64,000 nucleotides of DNA from Squalus acanthias (taxonomy: Eukaryota). The position numbers were made by a program, and so were the translations under genes. A model generated the notes under the pieces. The model worked only from the letters and a program-made list of their open reading frames with translations. It searched no databases and was not told the origin of the DNA. The stretch is taken from contig CM059432.1 in NCBI GenBank assembly GCA_030390025.1, forward strand, positions 5,394,001 to 5,458,000, in the 5' to 3' direction. Of this stretch, positions 24,262 to 36,514 are shown in pieces. Numbering within the stretch: position 1 is the first letter of the stretch; every line of letters starts with the position of its first letter.

Positions 24262-24470
24262 AAATAGTGGCCCTGGAATCTTTTACGTCCACCTGAGAGG
24301 GCAGACGGGCCTCGGTTTAATGTCTCATTTGAAAGATGGCACCTCCGACAGTGCAGCATTAACTCAGTACTGCACCGGAGTGTCAGCCTAGATTTTGTGC
24401 TTGAGTCTCTGGAGAGGGGCTTGGACCCACAACCTTCTGACTCAGAGGCGAGAGCGCCGCCCACTGAGCT
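24262..24470 (-). mobile_element. Deu-domain SINE, 5' half
   Basis: Reverse complement of 22760-22970. Confidence 0.85.
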
Positions 24471-24611
24471 GCAAGTTTGTGTAAGGGCTTGACATGGGTG
24501 ATCAGGGAATGCGAAATATGTTGAGAGTCCACACCTTGTCACGTACAATCTCAGGCTGTCTACCGGATACAGGTTAATGTCTGGTCATCTCAAATTGGCA
24601 GATTCCTTCGA

Positions 24612-24960
24612 GTCAGCCGTGTCTCAGTTGGTCGTTCTGATGAGACGTTAAACCGAGGCCCCCGTCTGCCCCCTCAGGTGGATGTAAAAGATCCCACGGA
24701 CGCTATTTCGAAGAAGAGCAGGGGAGTTATCCCCGGGGTCCTGGGGCCAATATTTATCCCTCAACCAACATCACTAAAAACAGATTATCTGGTCATTGTC
24801 ACATTGCTGTGTGTGGGAGCTTGCTATGCGCAAATTGGCTGCCACGTTTCCCACATTACAACAGTGACTGCACTTCAAAAAGTACTTCATTGGCTGTGAA
24901 GCGCTTTGAGACGTCTGGTGGTCGTGAAAGGCGCTATAGAAATGCAAGTCTTTCTTTCTT
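24612..24960 (+). mobile_element. Deu-domain SINE with internal deletion
   Basis: Head start gtcagccgtg joined directly to the core and complete tail. Confidence 0.85.
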
Positions 24961-25139
24961 AAAATGTGCTGTTTCCTGCAGCTGATCCCAAGTCCCTGCA
25001 GTTAGTGTAAACAGTCTGCTGCCAGGGAGAGAGAACTGCTGTCCTTTGCGAAGAGTGCCCAGTAGTGTCAAGCAGGGCAATCCTCCTTTGCACCCATCCA
25101 TCCCCTGCAGGCAGCAGCTGCTCCACTTGCCAGCTATCA

Positions 25140-25678
25140 AACCATCTACAAGGCACAAGTCAGGAGTGTGATGGAATACTCTCCACTTGCCTGGATGAGT
25201 GCACCTCCAACAACACTGAAGAAGCTCGACACCATCCAGGACAAAGCAGCCCACTTGATCGGCACCCCATCCACCACCTTAAACATTCACTCCCTCCACC
25301 CCCGGCGTACCGTGGCTGCAGTGTGTACCATCTACAAGATGCACTGCAGCAACTCGCCAAGGCTTCTTCGGCAGCACCTCCCGAACCCGCGACCTCTTCC
25401 ACCTAGAAGGACAAGGGCAGCAGGCGCACGGGAACACCACCACCTCCAAGTTCCCCTCCAAGTCACACACCATCCCGACTTAGAAATATATCGGCCGTTC
25501 CTTCATCGTCGCTGGGTCAAAATCCTGGAACGAACTCCCTAACAGCACTGTGGGAGCACCTTCACCACACGGACTGCAGCGGTTCAAGAAGGCGGCTCAC
25601 CACCACCTTCTCAAGGGCAATTAGGGATGGGCAATAAATGCTGGGCCTTGCCAGCGACGCCCACATCCCAGGAATGAG
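25140..25678 (+). mobile_element. 3' fragment of a second CR1-group LINE lineage
   Basis: YKAQVRSVMEYSPLAWMSA...LDTIQDKAA...HSLHPRRTVAA RT C-terminus; tail tagggatgggcaataaatgctgggccttgccagcgacgcccacatccc. Confidence 0.8.
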
Positions 25679-26071
25679 TACCGCCTGCCCACAGGTTAAT
25701 GTTATAGAATCATATACCTGCACATTTCAGTTCATTTTCACCTGGCACTTTTCTGGCATTTCTCTCTCCCGCCACCTCCCAGCCTCGGTAATGGCCTAAA
25801 AGTATTTAACATTCATTTTGAAGCTATTTAAAGACTGAAACAATATTTGTCCCCCTATGCTTACTTATGTCCCATTTACTGTTAAATGTACGCATCCTTC
25901 TCAGAGCTGGTAGCTAGGTTTTCCACATTCTCCTATTAGGCTTCCTTCCTGCATGATGCCAAAACTGCGCAAGCACCTATTTGAATAACTATTCAATTGA
26001 ACTAGGTACAAAAGCATGAACGTAGCTTGTTAAATTAGTTTATTGTCACGCTACAATTGGCTTCAGTGTTA

Positions 26072-27230
26072 CATAGAATTGCATCAAGAGTATAGCACAG
26101 AAACAGGCCATTCGATCCAACTGCTCCGTGCCGGTGTTTATGCTCCACACGAGCCTCCTACATAAGAACATAAGAAAAGGAGCAGGAGTCGGCCAATCGG
26201 CCCCTCGAGCCTGCTCCGCCATTCAATGAGATCATGGCTGATCTGATCCTAACCTCAAATCTAAAGAACACAAGAAGTAGGAGCAGGACCAGGCCACTCA
26301 GCCCCTGGGCCCGCTCCGCCCACCACAGGGCCTTGACCGATCCGAACTCAGCCTCATGTCCAATTTCCTGCCCGCTCCCCGTAACCCCTGATTCCCTTTA
26401 CTTCTAGGAAACTGTCTATTTCTGTTTTAAATTTATTTAATGATGTAGCTTCCACAGCTTCCTGGGGCAGCAAATTCCACAGACCTACTACCCTCTGAGT
26501 GAAGAAGTTTCTCCTCATCTCAGTTTTGAAAGAGCAGCCCCTTATTCTAAGATTATGCCCCCTAGTTCTAGTTTCACCCATCCTTGGGAACATCCTTACC
26601 GCATCCACCCGATCAAGCCCCTTCACAATCTTATATGTTTCAATAAGATCGCCTCTCACTCTTCTGAACTCCAATGAGTAGAGTCCCAATCTACTCAACC
26701 TCTCCTCATATGTCCACCCCCTCATCCCCAGGATTAACCGAGTGAGCCTTCTTTGTACTGCCTCGAGAGCAAGTATGTCTTTTCTTAAGTATGGACACCA
26801 AAACTGTATGCAGTATTCCAGGTGCGGTCTCACCAATACCTTATATAACTCCCATCCTTCTTCATCTCACCCCATCAGCATAACCCTCTATTCCTTTCTC
26901 CCTCATGTGATTATCTAACTTCCCCTTAAATGCATCTATACTATTCGCCTCAACCACTCTCCGTGGTAGCGAGTTCCGCATTCTCACCACTCTCTGGGTA
27001 AAGAAGTTTCTGCTGAATTCCCTATTGAAGTTATTAGTGACTGTCTCATATTTATGGCCCCTAGTTCTGGTCTCCCCCACAAGTGGAAACATCTTCTCTA
27101 CACCTATCCTAATAAACCCCTTTCATAATTTTAAAGATCTCTTATCGGCTCGCCCCCTCAGACTTCCCTTTTCTAGAGAAAAGAGCCCCAGCCTGCTCAA
27201 TCTTTCCTGATGGGTATGAACCTCTCAGTT
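26072..27230 (-). mobile_element. Nested CR1 3' fragments (inner copy 26161-26850 splits an outer copy)
   Basis: The outer tail at 26072-26160 resumes at ~26851. Inner [15 protein letters not shown]...RRNFFTQRVV carries a doubled 3' hairpin tail. Confidence 0.88.
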
Positions 27231-27587
27231 CTTAAATCAGGGCAGCGAAATATTATCTGGATCCCTGCTCCTGATCATCGTCAAGTGACGGCTGTTGGAA
27301 GTTGTACACACGTTGGCAGCGGATGGAAACGGAATGTGGTTCAGCTGTTATTCCCACCAAAATTGAATATTCTGCCAACACCCAGTATCTAGGCTAACAA
27401 TGAAGAATAGCCACTTGAATGAGGTCCCCGTGGAACCAAAGTCACACACAATTCACTGCCGTCAGAAGAGGACAGGAGAATTCTGGAGAAAAAAATAAAG
27501 GTCAGCTACACAATATAGTGCGTTGTACACAGGTAAAATGAATCGGGGGGGGAAATCATTAAACCATTGTCCGTACATAGCTGCAGA

Positions 27588-28860
27588 AACATAGAAACAT
27601 AGAAGATAGGAGCAGGAGTAGGCCATTCGGCCCCTCGAGCCTGCTCCGCCATTCGATGAGATCATGGCTGATCATCCAAACTCAGTACCCTGTACCTGCC
27701 TTCTCCCCATATCCCTTGATACCTTTAGCTTTAAGAAATATATCTAACTCATTCTTCAATATATTTAATGACTTGGCCTCAACTACCTTCTGTGGTAGAG
27801 AATTCCACAGGTTCACCACTCTCTGGGTGAAGAAATTCTTCCTTATTTCTGTCCTAAATGACTTACCCCTTATCCTTAGATTATGACCCCTGGTTCTGGA
27901 CTCTCCGACCATCGGGAACATTCTTCCTGCATCTAGTTTGTCCAGACCTGTCAGAATTTTATATGTTTCGATGAGATCCCCTCTCATTCTTCTATACTCC
28001 AGTGAGTATAAGCCCAATCAACCCAATCTCTCCTCATATGTCATTCCTGCCATCCCAGGTATCAGCCTTGTGAATCTTCGCTGAACTCCTTCCATGGCAA
28101 GAACATCCTTCCTCAGATAAGGCGACCAAAACTGCACACAGTACTCAAGGTGTGGTCTCACCAAAGCCCTGTACAACTGCAGCAGGACATCCCTGTTCCT
28201 ATACTCAAACCCTTTCGCTATGAAGGCCAACATACCATTTGCCTTCTTCACCGCCTGCTGCACCTGCATGCTTACCTTCAGCGACTGGTGCACAAGGACA
28301 CCCAGGTCTCGTTACACTTCCCCTTCTCCCAATCTATTGCCATTCAGATAATAGTCTGCCTTTCTGTTTTTGACACCAAAGTGGATAACCTCGCATTTAT
28401 CCACGTTATATTGCATCTGCCACACTTCTGCCCACTCACCCAACCTGTCCAAATCATCCTGGAGTTTCTTGGTATCCTCCTTGCAGCACACACGCCCACC
28501 CAGCTTTGTGTCATCTGCAAACTTGGAGATATTACATTTAGTTCCCTTATCTAGATCATTAATGTATATTGTGAATAGCTGGGGTCCAAGGACCGATCCC
28601 TGCGGTACCCCACTAGTCACTGCCTGCCACTCGGAAAAAGACCCATTAATTCCTACTCTCTGCTTTCTGTCCGCCAACCAGTTCTCTATTCAAGTCAATA
28701 CCTTGCCCCCAATCCCATGTGCCTTAACTTTACACGCTAATCTCTTATGCGGGACCTTATCGAAAGCCTTTTGAAAGTCCAAATACACCACATCTACTGG
28801 TTCTCCCTTATCTATTTTCCCAGTTACATCCTCAAAAAATTCCAGTAGACTAGTCACGCA
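27588..28860 (-). mobile_element. 5'-truncated CR1, same subfamily as 17462-21953
   Basis: RT motifs GVPQGSVLGP and KFADD; closely similar to 17462-18730. Confidence 0.95.
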
Positions 28861-28866
28861 CGTTAC

Positions 28867-30611
28867 TGTTAACGAGGTTTTGATAAGGCCACTTCAATTT
28901 AGTATAATTGAAGGCCCAGAAAGCAGTTACAACAGTTACAAGTTTGAGTTCTCCAGTAACAACAGTTCAAGTTCAACAGAAGGCAGTTCTGCAGTTTTGG
29001 AGTTCAATTTGAAAGCCTGTTTTCAGCAGAAGTCAGTGCTGGAATTACAGAGTTCAGGAGAAGCAAGTTGGGCAGTTAAAGAAGACAGTTCAGTAAGAAG
29101 GGAGTTCTCCAGTTCTCCAGTAAAACAGTTCAAGTTCAACAAGCAGGCAGAAGGCAGTTTCCACAGTTCTGCAAGAAGGCAGTTCCACAGCTCGGAAGAA
29201 GACAGTTTAAACAGAGGCAGAGTTCAACAGAAAGAAGTTCAACAAAGAAGGCCAACAGCTCCAGAAGCAGGCCGACACGCAAGAAGAAACCAGAGCGACC
29301 GCCTCAGTGACCATCGGACACCTCGCAGCAACAAGGGCCTTACGAAACTTTTTACTCAAAAGACTCTAAACCCTAAGGGGGAAAAATTAGGTCGCGCCCC
29401 ATTTGGGGCGCAAATATCGTCTGGACGCAAATATTAGCGCCTGGCACTAATTATCGGCAGTGACTGTAAACTTCACTTTTACCGCCCCGGGAGGTGAGTG
29501 GAGCGCTAAATCAGGCACTGCACACCTGTCTTAAGGCGCAAAGGCCAAGGAGTGAGGCGCTACCTCAGAGCGCTGGCGAAGCTCATGTAATGTCAGTCAG
29601 CAATGGAACACACACACAATGGCACGGGCCAGTTCTTAAAGGGGATGGTTAATCTTGCTTTCCATCCACATCCTGTTCATTGCAGCCTTGAATCTCGGCC
29701 TGGAGAGACTTGCACATCAAATGTGCTGGAAAGAACAATGGAGAGTACCAGGCAAAGAGCTCAGAGTGCAGCTCCCACAGTCTCTGCTAAATCGATACAA
29801 GGAATGGCAAATCAAAATGAACCTGCAAAGTGCTGCTCAGTACCCAAAACTCCTTCACACAACGTTGAATCTCTCCAGAAGTCTCTCCCTCTCTCTCTCA
29901 GAATGCATAGTTCAAAAATGGCACCAACAATAAAAGACAGGAAGAGGCCCCCTTTAAATAGCGCCCCCCCCAGCCCCACAGCGATTGATAGCGTTCCAGT
30001 CTTCTGGTCGTTGGATGCGCCAGGCGGTAAGGCAGGGGGCGCCACTCAATTTCCGCTCCGGGGCGCCACAAGGGCGTTGCACCATGGAATGACGTCACAA
30101 TCTGCGCGCGCAGGTGGTCGCAGCGGTAAAGTTTAGCGCCGCCGCACAATCTCTAGTTAAGTTCCCGAGCGGCGCAAACATCGCTGCGCCCGGGCGTTAG
30201 CGGCTTTGCGCCCCATTAGCGCCCTCTTAAGGCGCTAACGGGAGGCGCAACCAACTGAATTTTTACCCCTAACTCTCAACTGTCAAGGATTCGTTTGGTG
30301 GGCATTATCCCTGGTTCTCCAGAGTCCAACCTAGCTAGTAAAGTGGGATTGGGAGGGGTGAAGTATTCTTCTAATGTTATTTCCCTCACTTGTACCGAAG
30401 TGTTCCCCACCTTTAGAGTGTTAAGAGTGTTTGTGTTGTGTTTTACTTTCTTGAATAAAGATCGAAGTTCTTTCATCAAACTCAGTTGTCTGCTGCACCT
30501 TTTGTATCACAACCCCCAAATAAGTCCAAGGTCTAGAACCAAGGGAGTGGAAGCGATTCGAACCGCTCAGAAGTCAGAGGCAAAGCTGACACAAAAACAC
30601 CACCCCCTACA
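28867..30611 (+). mobile_element. Probable solo LTR (TG...CA) interrupted by a Harbinger-type element
   Basis: Starts TGTT, ends TACA, has AATAAA at 30454-30459 and a CAGTT-rich internal part; ~850 bp once the insert is removed. No TSD found. Confidence 0.45.
29377..30269. mobile_element. Non-autonomous PIF/Harbinger element
   Basis: TIRs GGGGGAAAAATT / AATTTTTACCCC (1 mismatch), flanked on both sides by TAA, the canonical Harbinger 3-bp TSD; CpG-rich subterminal regions. Confidence 0.82.
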
Positions 30612-30740
30612 CTAGTGATAGTGATTGTTTTAAGTTCCTCCCTCCCTTTTGCCCCTTGATTATCTATTATTGGGATGCTTTTAATGTCTTCTACCATGAA
30701 GACAGATACAAAATATTTGTTCAAAGTCTCTGCCATTTCC
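30612..30740 (-). mobile_element. CR1 ORF2 internal fragment
   Basis: EMAETLNKYFVSVF...REELKTITIT, homologous to the peptide at 19093-19210. Confidence 0.8.
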
Positions 30741-31149
30741 CAGACATCCCAAAGTGCTTTACAGCCAATGAAGTACTTTTTTGGAGTGTAGTCACTGTTG
30801 AAATGTAGGACACGTGGCAGCCAATTGGGCACAGCAAGCTCCCACAAACAGCAATGTGATAATGACTAGATCATCTGTTTTAATGATGCTGATTGAGGGA
30901 TTAATATTGGCCCCAGGACACCGGGGATAACTCCCCTGCTCTTCTTCGAAATAGTGTCATGGGAGCAGACGGGGCCTCAGTTTAATGTCTCATCCGAAAG
31001 ACGGCACCTCCGACAGTGCAGCGCTCCCTCAGTAACTGCACTGAAGTATCAGCCTAGATTTATTTTGTGCTCAAGTCTCTGGAGTGGGACTTGAATCCAC
31101 AAACCTTCTGACTCAGAGGTGAGAGTGCTGCCCACTGAGCCACGGCTGA
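30741..31149 (-). mobile_element. Deu-domain SINE
   Basis: Reverse complement of the 22753 family; tail truncated at the CR1 junction. Confidence 0.88.
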
Positions 31150-31391
31150 AATTGAAGGAGTGGGCCCATACATGGCAGCTATATGAATAAGTGTAGTTTT
31201 ATGCACTCGTGTCTAATAAATTAGAGGCATCTGTATATAATAAAGGCATATCCAGTAAAAGTTACGGAGCAGGAGAGTGACTCGGGAGTTATAGGCGATA
31301 AATCACTGAAGATCCACAAGCATCACAATGAGGCTGTTGGGAAGATAAAGAGGATTTTAGGACAAAACAATATAAAACTAAGAATATGATA

Positions 31392-32210
31392 CATAGAATT
31401 ACATAGAATTTTACAGCATAAAAACAGGCCATTCGGCCCAAAAGGTCTATCCCTGTGTTTATGTTCCACACGAGCCTCCTCCCACCCCTCTTCATCTCAC
31501 CCTATCAGCATATCCTTCTATTCCGGTCTCCCTCATGTGTTTATCCAGCTTCCCTTAAATGCCATACTTTCTCCAGTTTTGGTCTCCACAAATGGAGGGG
31601 GGTATCAAGGCCCTGTCAAAGGGACAGAGAAGGATGGTTAAAACAATACCTAGAATTAGGGATCAATTATCAGGATGGGCTCAAGGAGGTGGGACTTATT
31701 TCATGAGAGAAACCCAGGGTTAGAGGAGGCACGATTACATAAGAACATAAGAAATAGGAGCAGGAGCAGGCCATTGAGCCTGCTCCGCCATTTAATGAGA
31801 TCATGGGCTGATCCGATTTTGGCCTCAACTCCACTTTCCTGCCCGCTCCCCATAAACCTTGACTCCCCTGTTGCTCAAAAATCTGTCTATCTGAGCCTTG
31901 AATATATTCAATGACTCAGCTTCCACAGCTCTCTGGGGTAAAGAATTCCAAAGATTCATGACCCTCTGAGAGAAGAAGCTTTAAATTCATTCTATCCAGT
32001 TGGACAGATCATTTGAGATGGATAAGGATGTGAGAACTAAGGGGCATGTGCATAAAATCTGTAGGCAAAGTGTCAGGATAGATGTGAGTACGTATTTCTT
32101 TTCACAAAGATCCTTCGCCCTCTGGAACAGATTACCAAGGCCTGCGGTGAGTTTGGATTCCCTGCAGTCCTTCATAAAGAAGCCTGATACATTCCTGAAG
32201 GATGAGACAT
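31392..32210. mobile_element. Cluster of short CR1 3' fragments in both orientations
   Basis: Minus-strand tails at 31392-31560 and 31738-31980; old plus-strand piece RTKGH...FFSQRSFALWNRLP at 31985-32200. Confidence 0.7.
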
Positions 32211-32399
32211 TTGCAATTATAAAGGGTAATTCTCAGGATGCCTGGGAATAGTGAGACGTGACTTACCACGGTCTCCTGGAGTTTGTTTGATTTCCTTACG
32301 GAGTCAGAGGCGAATGTCCCAGAGTTTTTCCTAAACTGGCTTCAGGTATTTTCTGGGTTTTTTTCAGCCTTTCCAAAGAAAAAATGACAGACTTGCATT

Positions 32400-33305
32400 T
32401 ATAAGAACATAAGAATTAGGAGCAGGAGTAGGCCATTTGGCCCTTCGAGCCTGCTCCGCCATTCAATAAGATCATGGCTGATCTTCTACCTCAACTCCAC
32501 CTTCCCGCACTATCCCCATATCCCTTGATTCCCTTTGTTACCAAAAATTTATTGACCTCTGTCTTGAATATACTCAACGACTGAGCCTCCACAGCCCTCT
32601 GGGGTAGAGAATTCCAAAGATTCACAACCCTTTGAGTGAAGACATTTCTCCTCCTCATCTCAGTCCTAAATGGCCGACCCCTTATTCTGTGACTGTGACC
32701 CCATGTTCTAGATTCCCCATTTTCCCAGCATTAACCCTGTCAAGCCCCTTAAGAATTTTATATGTTTCAATTAGATCACCTCTCACTCTTCTAAACTCTA
32801 GAGAATATAGGCCTAGTCTACTCAATCTCTCCTCATAGGGCAATCCCCTCATCCTAGGAACCAGTCTAGTGAACCTTCGTTGCACTCCCTCTAAGGCAAG
32901 TATGTCTTTCCTTAGGTAAGGAGACCAGAACTGTACACAGTACTCCAGGTGTGGCCTCACCAATGCCCTGTATAATTGTAGTAAGACTTCTTTACTCTTA
33001 TGCTCTAATCCCTTTGTAACAATAGCTAACATACCATTTGCTTTCCTAATTTCTTGCTGTACCTGCATGTTAGCTTTCTGTGATTCATGTGCAAAGATAC
33101 CCAGGTCCCTCTGAGTGCAAACATTTCCCAGTCTCTCACCTTTCAAAATATATTCTGCTTTTTTGTTTTTCCTACCAAAGTGGATAACTTCACACTTCCC
33201 CACATTGTATTCCATTTTCCATGTTCTTGCCCACTCAATCAACCTGTCTATATCTCTCTGTAGCCTCTTTGTGTCCTCCTCACAGCTTACTTTCCCACCT
33301 AACTT
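32400..33305 (-). mobile_element. 5'-truncated CR1
   Basis: KLGGKVSCEED...RPHLEYCVQFWSP; CR1 tail ataagaacataagaa. Confidence 0.93.
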
Positions 33306-33757
33306 TATAGCACCTTTCACGACCTCAGGACATCTCAAAGCGCTTCACAGCCAATGAAGTGCTTTTTAAAGTGACATCACTGTTGCAATGTAGGAAATGC
33401 GGCAGCCAATCGCGCACAGCAAGATCCCACAAACAGCAATGTGATAATGATCAGATAATCTGTTTTTGTTATGTTGCTTGAGGGATAAATATTGGCCAGG
33501 ACACCGGGGGAGAACTCCCCTGCTCTTCTTCGAAATAGTGGCCACGGGATCTTTTACACCCACCTGAGGGGGCAGACGGGGCCTCGGTTTAGCGTCTCAT
33601 CCGAAAGACGACACCTCTGACAGTGCAGCACTCCCTTAGCCCTGCACAGGGAGGGTCAGCCTAGATTTTTGTGCTCAAGTCTCTGGAGTGGGACTTGAAC
33701 CCACAACCTTCTGACTCAGAGGTGAGAGAGAGTGCTGCCCACTGAGTCACGGATGAC
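33306..33757 (-). mobile_element. Deu-domain SINE
   Basis: Nearly full copy in reverse orientation. Confidence 0.88.
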
Positions 33758-34093
33758 TCTAATATAAAATTTCTGACAGTATATCTGTAATTTATTAAAA
33801 AATATTGCAACTGCACACACTTCCTGTTTGTCACACTTATTTCCTCTGTCGTAATTTGTTAAAGCCTGGGTACTTTTGTTTTTTAAAGTATAAATACCTA
33901 CTCCTCATGACTTACCTTGCAGTGCAGTCCTCCCAACAGATGGTGGCGCTTTTGCACCTGGTCTCATCATCTTCCAATGATTGCCCTGCCTGACCTACAC
34001 CGTTTTTTCACAGCCTTGCCACCTTCACCTGGGGGTTGCCAACCCTCCAGGATTGTCCAGGAGACGCCAAGAATTAAAGATTAAATTAAAATG

Positions 34094-34470
34094 TCAGCCG
34101 TGGCTCAGTGGGTAGCACTCTCGCCTCTGGGTCAGAAGGTTGTGTGTTCGAAGTCCCACTCCAGAGACTCGAGCACAAAAATCTAGGCTGACACTCTCCC
34201 AGTGCAGCGCTGAGGGAGCGCTGCACTGTCGGAGGTGCCGTCTTTTGGATGAGAGATGTGAATGGTGGTGGGCCATTTAAACAACTAACGGGAGGAGGAG
34301 GCTCCATGAATACCCCCCATCCTCAATGATGGTGGAGCCCAGCACATGAGTGCAAAAGACAAGGCTGAAGCGTTTGCAACCATCTTCAGCCAGAAGTGCC
34401 GCGTAGATGATCCATAGCGGCCTCCTCCTGACGCCCCCAGCATCACAGAAGCCAGTCTTCAGCCAATTCG
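34094..34470 (+). mobile_element. SINE 5' part (34094-34253) fused to an internal LINE ORF2 fragment
   Basis: tRNA head with A/B boxes, then a frameshifted WW..KQLTGGGG...ILNDGGAQH.SAKDKAEAFATIFSQKC peptide. Confidence 0.7.
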
Positions 34471-34819
34471 GTCATGTGATGGCACCCCCCAGGACTATGT
34501 CCAACCCTACCACTACCTCATTCCTAGGCCTGCTATTGTGTTTGCCCATCCAAAGCCTGTTTTGCCCTGGCATCTCATTTTTACCAACACCAGTAGTGAA
34601 CCAGTTGGGTTTTTTGCAACAACCCAGCAGCTTTTCATGTGTCAGATTTCTAGTACCAGCCCGCAAGTTCCCAGATTTACTAATTATGATACCTTGCTAT
34701 AGTGGGATTTGGACTCATGACTTTTTGCGTGGCTAGTCTAGTACCGTAACCAGTGGGCTACCATGGCACAAAATCAAACAACTGCAGATGCTAGAAATCT
34801 AAAATAAAAAAACAGAAAA

Positions 34820-35670
34820 TCCCATTAGTCCCACTCCCCTGCTCTTTCCCCAGAGCCCTGCAAATTCTTCCACTTGAAGTATTCATCCAATTCCCCTTTG
34901 AAAGTTACTATTGAATCTGCTTCCACCGCCCTTTCAGGCAGCGCATTCCAGATCACAACAACTCGCTGCGTAATCACTAACTAAGCTCCCACGGGACCAC
35001 AGTGTTTTCTAACAGGAGGTTTCTAATTGTCTATTATCATTTATATTATTTCACTGTATTAAAGGCAACCGAAGTGAACCGGAAGAAATTTGATCCAAAA
35101 TTTGCAGGGCTACAGGGAAAGGGCAGGGGGTGGGGGGGGGGGGGGGGGGAGTGGGACTGGCTGAAGTGCTCCCGCAGCGAGCCGACACGGGCTTGATGGG
35201 CCGAATGGCCTCCTTCTGTGCTGTAACCGTTCTGTGATTCTGTGAAAAGGGTTGTCTTCTATTTTTTTTGACAATTAGAGAAGGGATTTGATAGAGGCGT
35301 TCAAAATCATGAACGGCTTTCATAGAGTAAATAAGGAGAAACTGTTTCCGCTGGCAGGAGAGTGGGTAACCAGAGGACACAGATTTAAGGTCATTGGTAA
35401 AAGAACCAGAGGCGACCCGAGGAAAACATTTTTTTTTTACGCAGCGAGTTGTTGTGATCGGGAACGCGCTGCCTGAAAGGGCGGTGGAAGCAGATTCAAC
35501 AGCAACTTGCAAAAGGGGAATTGGATGAATACTTGAATAGGAAAAATCGTACAGAGCTATGGGGAAAGAGCAGGGGGGGGGAGTGGGACTAATGGGACCG
35601 CTCTACCAAAGAGCCAGCACCAGCACGATGGACCGAATGGCCTCCTTCCGTGCTGTGTGATTCTAGGATT
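34820..35670. mobile_element. CR1 3' fragments (minus 34820-34970; plus 35100-35240 and 35283-35670)
   Basis: IEAFKIMNGF...TRGHRFKV peptide and CR1 tails gggccgaatggcctccttctgtgctg. Confidence 0.8.
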
Positions 35671-36411
35671 CTAAAGATATTTGGATCTGTTCCAACGATG
35701 GTTATTGCAGATGCTGCAAATTTTTTTTGATTTTTTTTTTGTGAAAAAAAACTGGTTTACAGGGTTAAAAGCTAAAAGGAATGATGAACCCTGGCCTCAT
35801 TCTAAAGAGAGGAAATGATGAGGATGAGAATTGTGACCCCTGAACCTGTGATTTATCGGAGGGAGAGGAATCCGTTCTTTGAGAGCAGCGAGAGAGCAGT
35901 AAAAAAATGGGAAATAAATGCTTTGGATTTTTCAGGACATTTTTTATTGCTGAAGTGTTTGTGTATATTTGGCAAGAAAGTACTTGTCCAGGGGCAAGAG
36001 AGAGAGATGGGTTGGATGGGGGTGTGGGGAGAATGTAGAATAAAATCTATGGAGGGGAGGATAAAGAAACGCTGTTTCAGTGCTAGATTCCAATGCATGT
36101 TACTGTCAGCTTGGATCGGAGGAGTGTGGGGTGGGGAGAGGGTTAAAGCCTCTCTGCTCCCCCCTGCCCATCTGCTGCAGGCGGTGCAGGAGGCATTGAG
36201 TGACAGGAGAGAGCCTGGGAGGAGGGTCAGTGACAGGAGAGCCGAGCATTGTTAGTGTTGCTAAGAGAGAGAGAGACAGACAGAGGTAGACCGCGCATCA
36301 TTTCCAGCTCTGCGGTCTGGTGGCCAGTGCAGATTCCTCATTTCGGGGGTTTTATTTTTTTTGTGTGTATCTAACTCCGTGTTGGGGTTTTTTTTTTGTG
36401 TGTCAGGAGTC

Positions 36412-36507
36412 ATGAGGATGAGCTCGCCCTTGGATCGCTGGTATTCCAACAGCTGCTGCTGCTGTCATGTTCGCACTGGGACCATAATCCTGGGAGTCTG
36501 GTACATG
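36412..36507 (+). CDS. LAPTM4B: Lysosomal-associated transmembrane protein 4B, first coding exon
   Basis: [32 protein letters not shown] then a GTGAGT donor (phase 0). Matches the recalled vertebrate LAPTM4B N-terminus (..[25 protein letters not shown]). Not in the ORF track. Confidence 0.93.
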
Positions 36508-36514
36508 GTGAGTT

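Noticed and set aside
28880..29437. 185-aa Ser/Gln-rich ORF as a gene
   Set aside because: Non-ATG start, low-complexity repeats, and it reads across the TIR element boundary.
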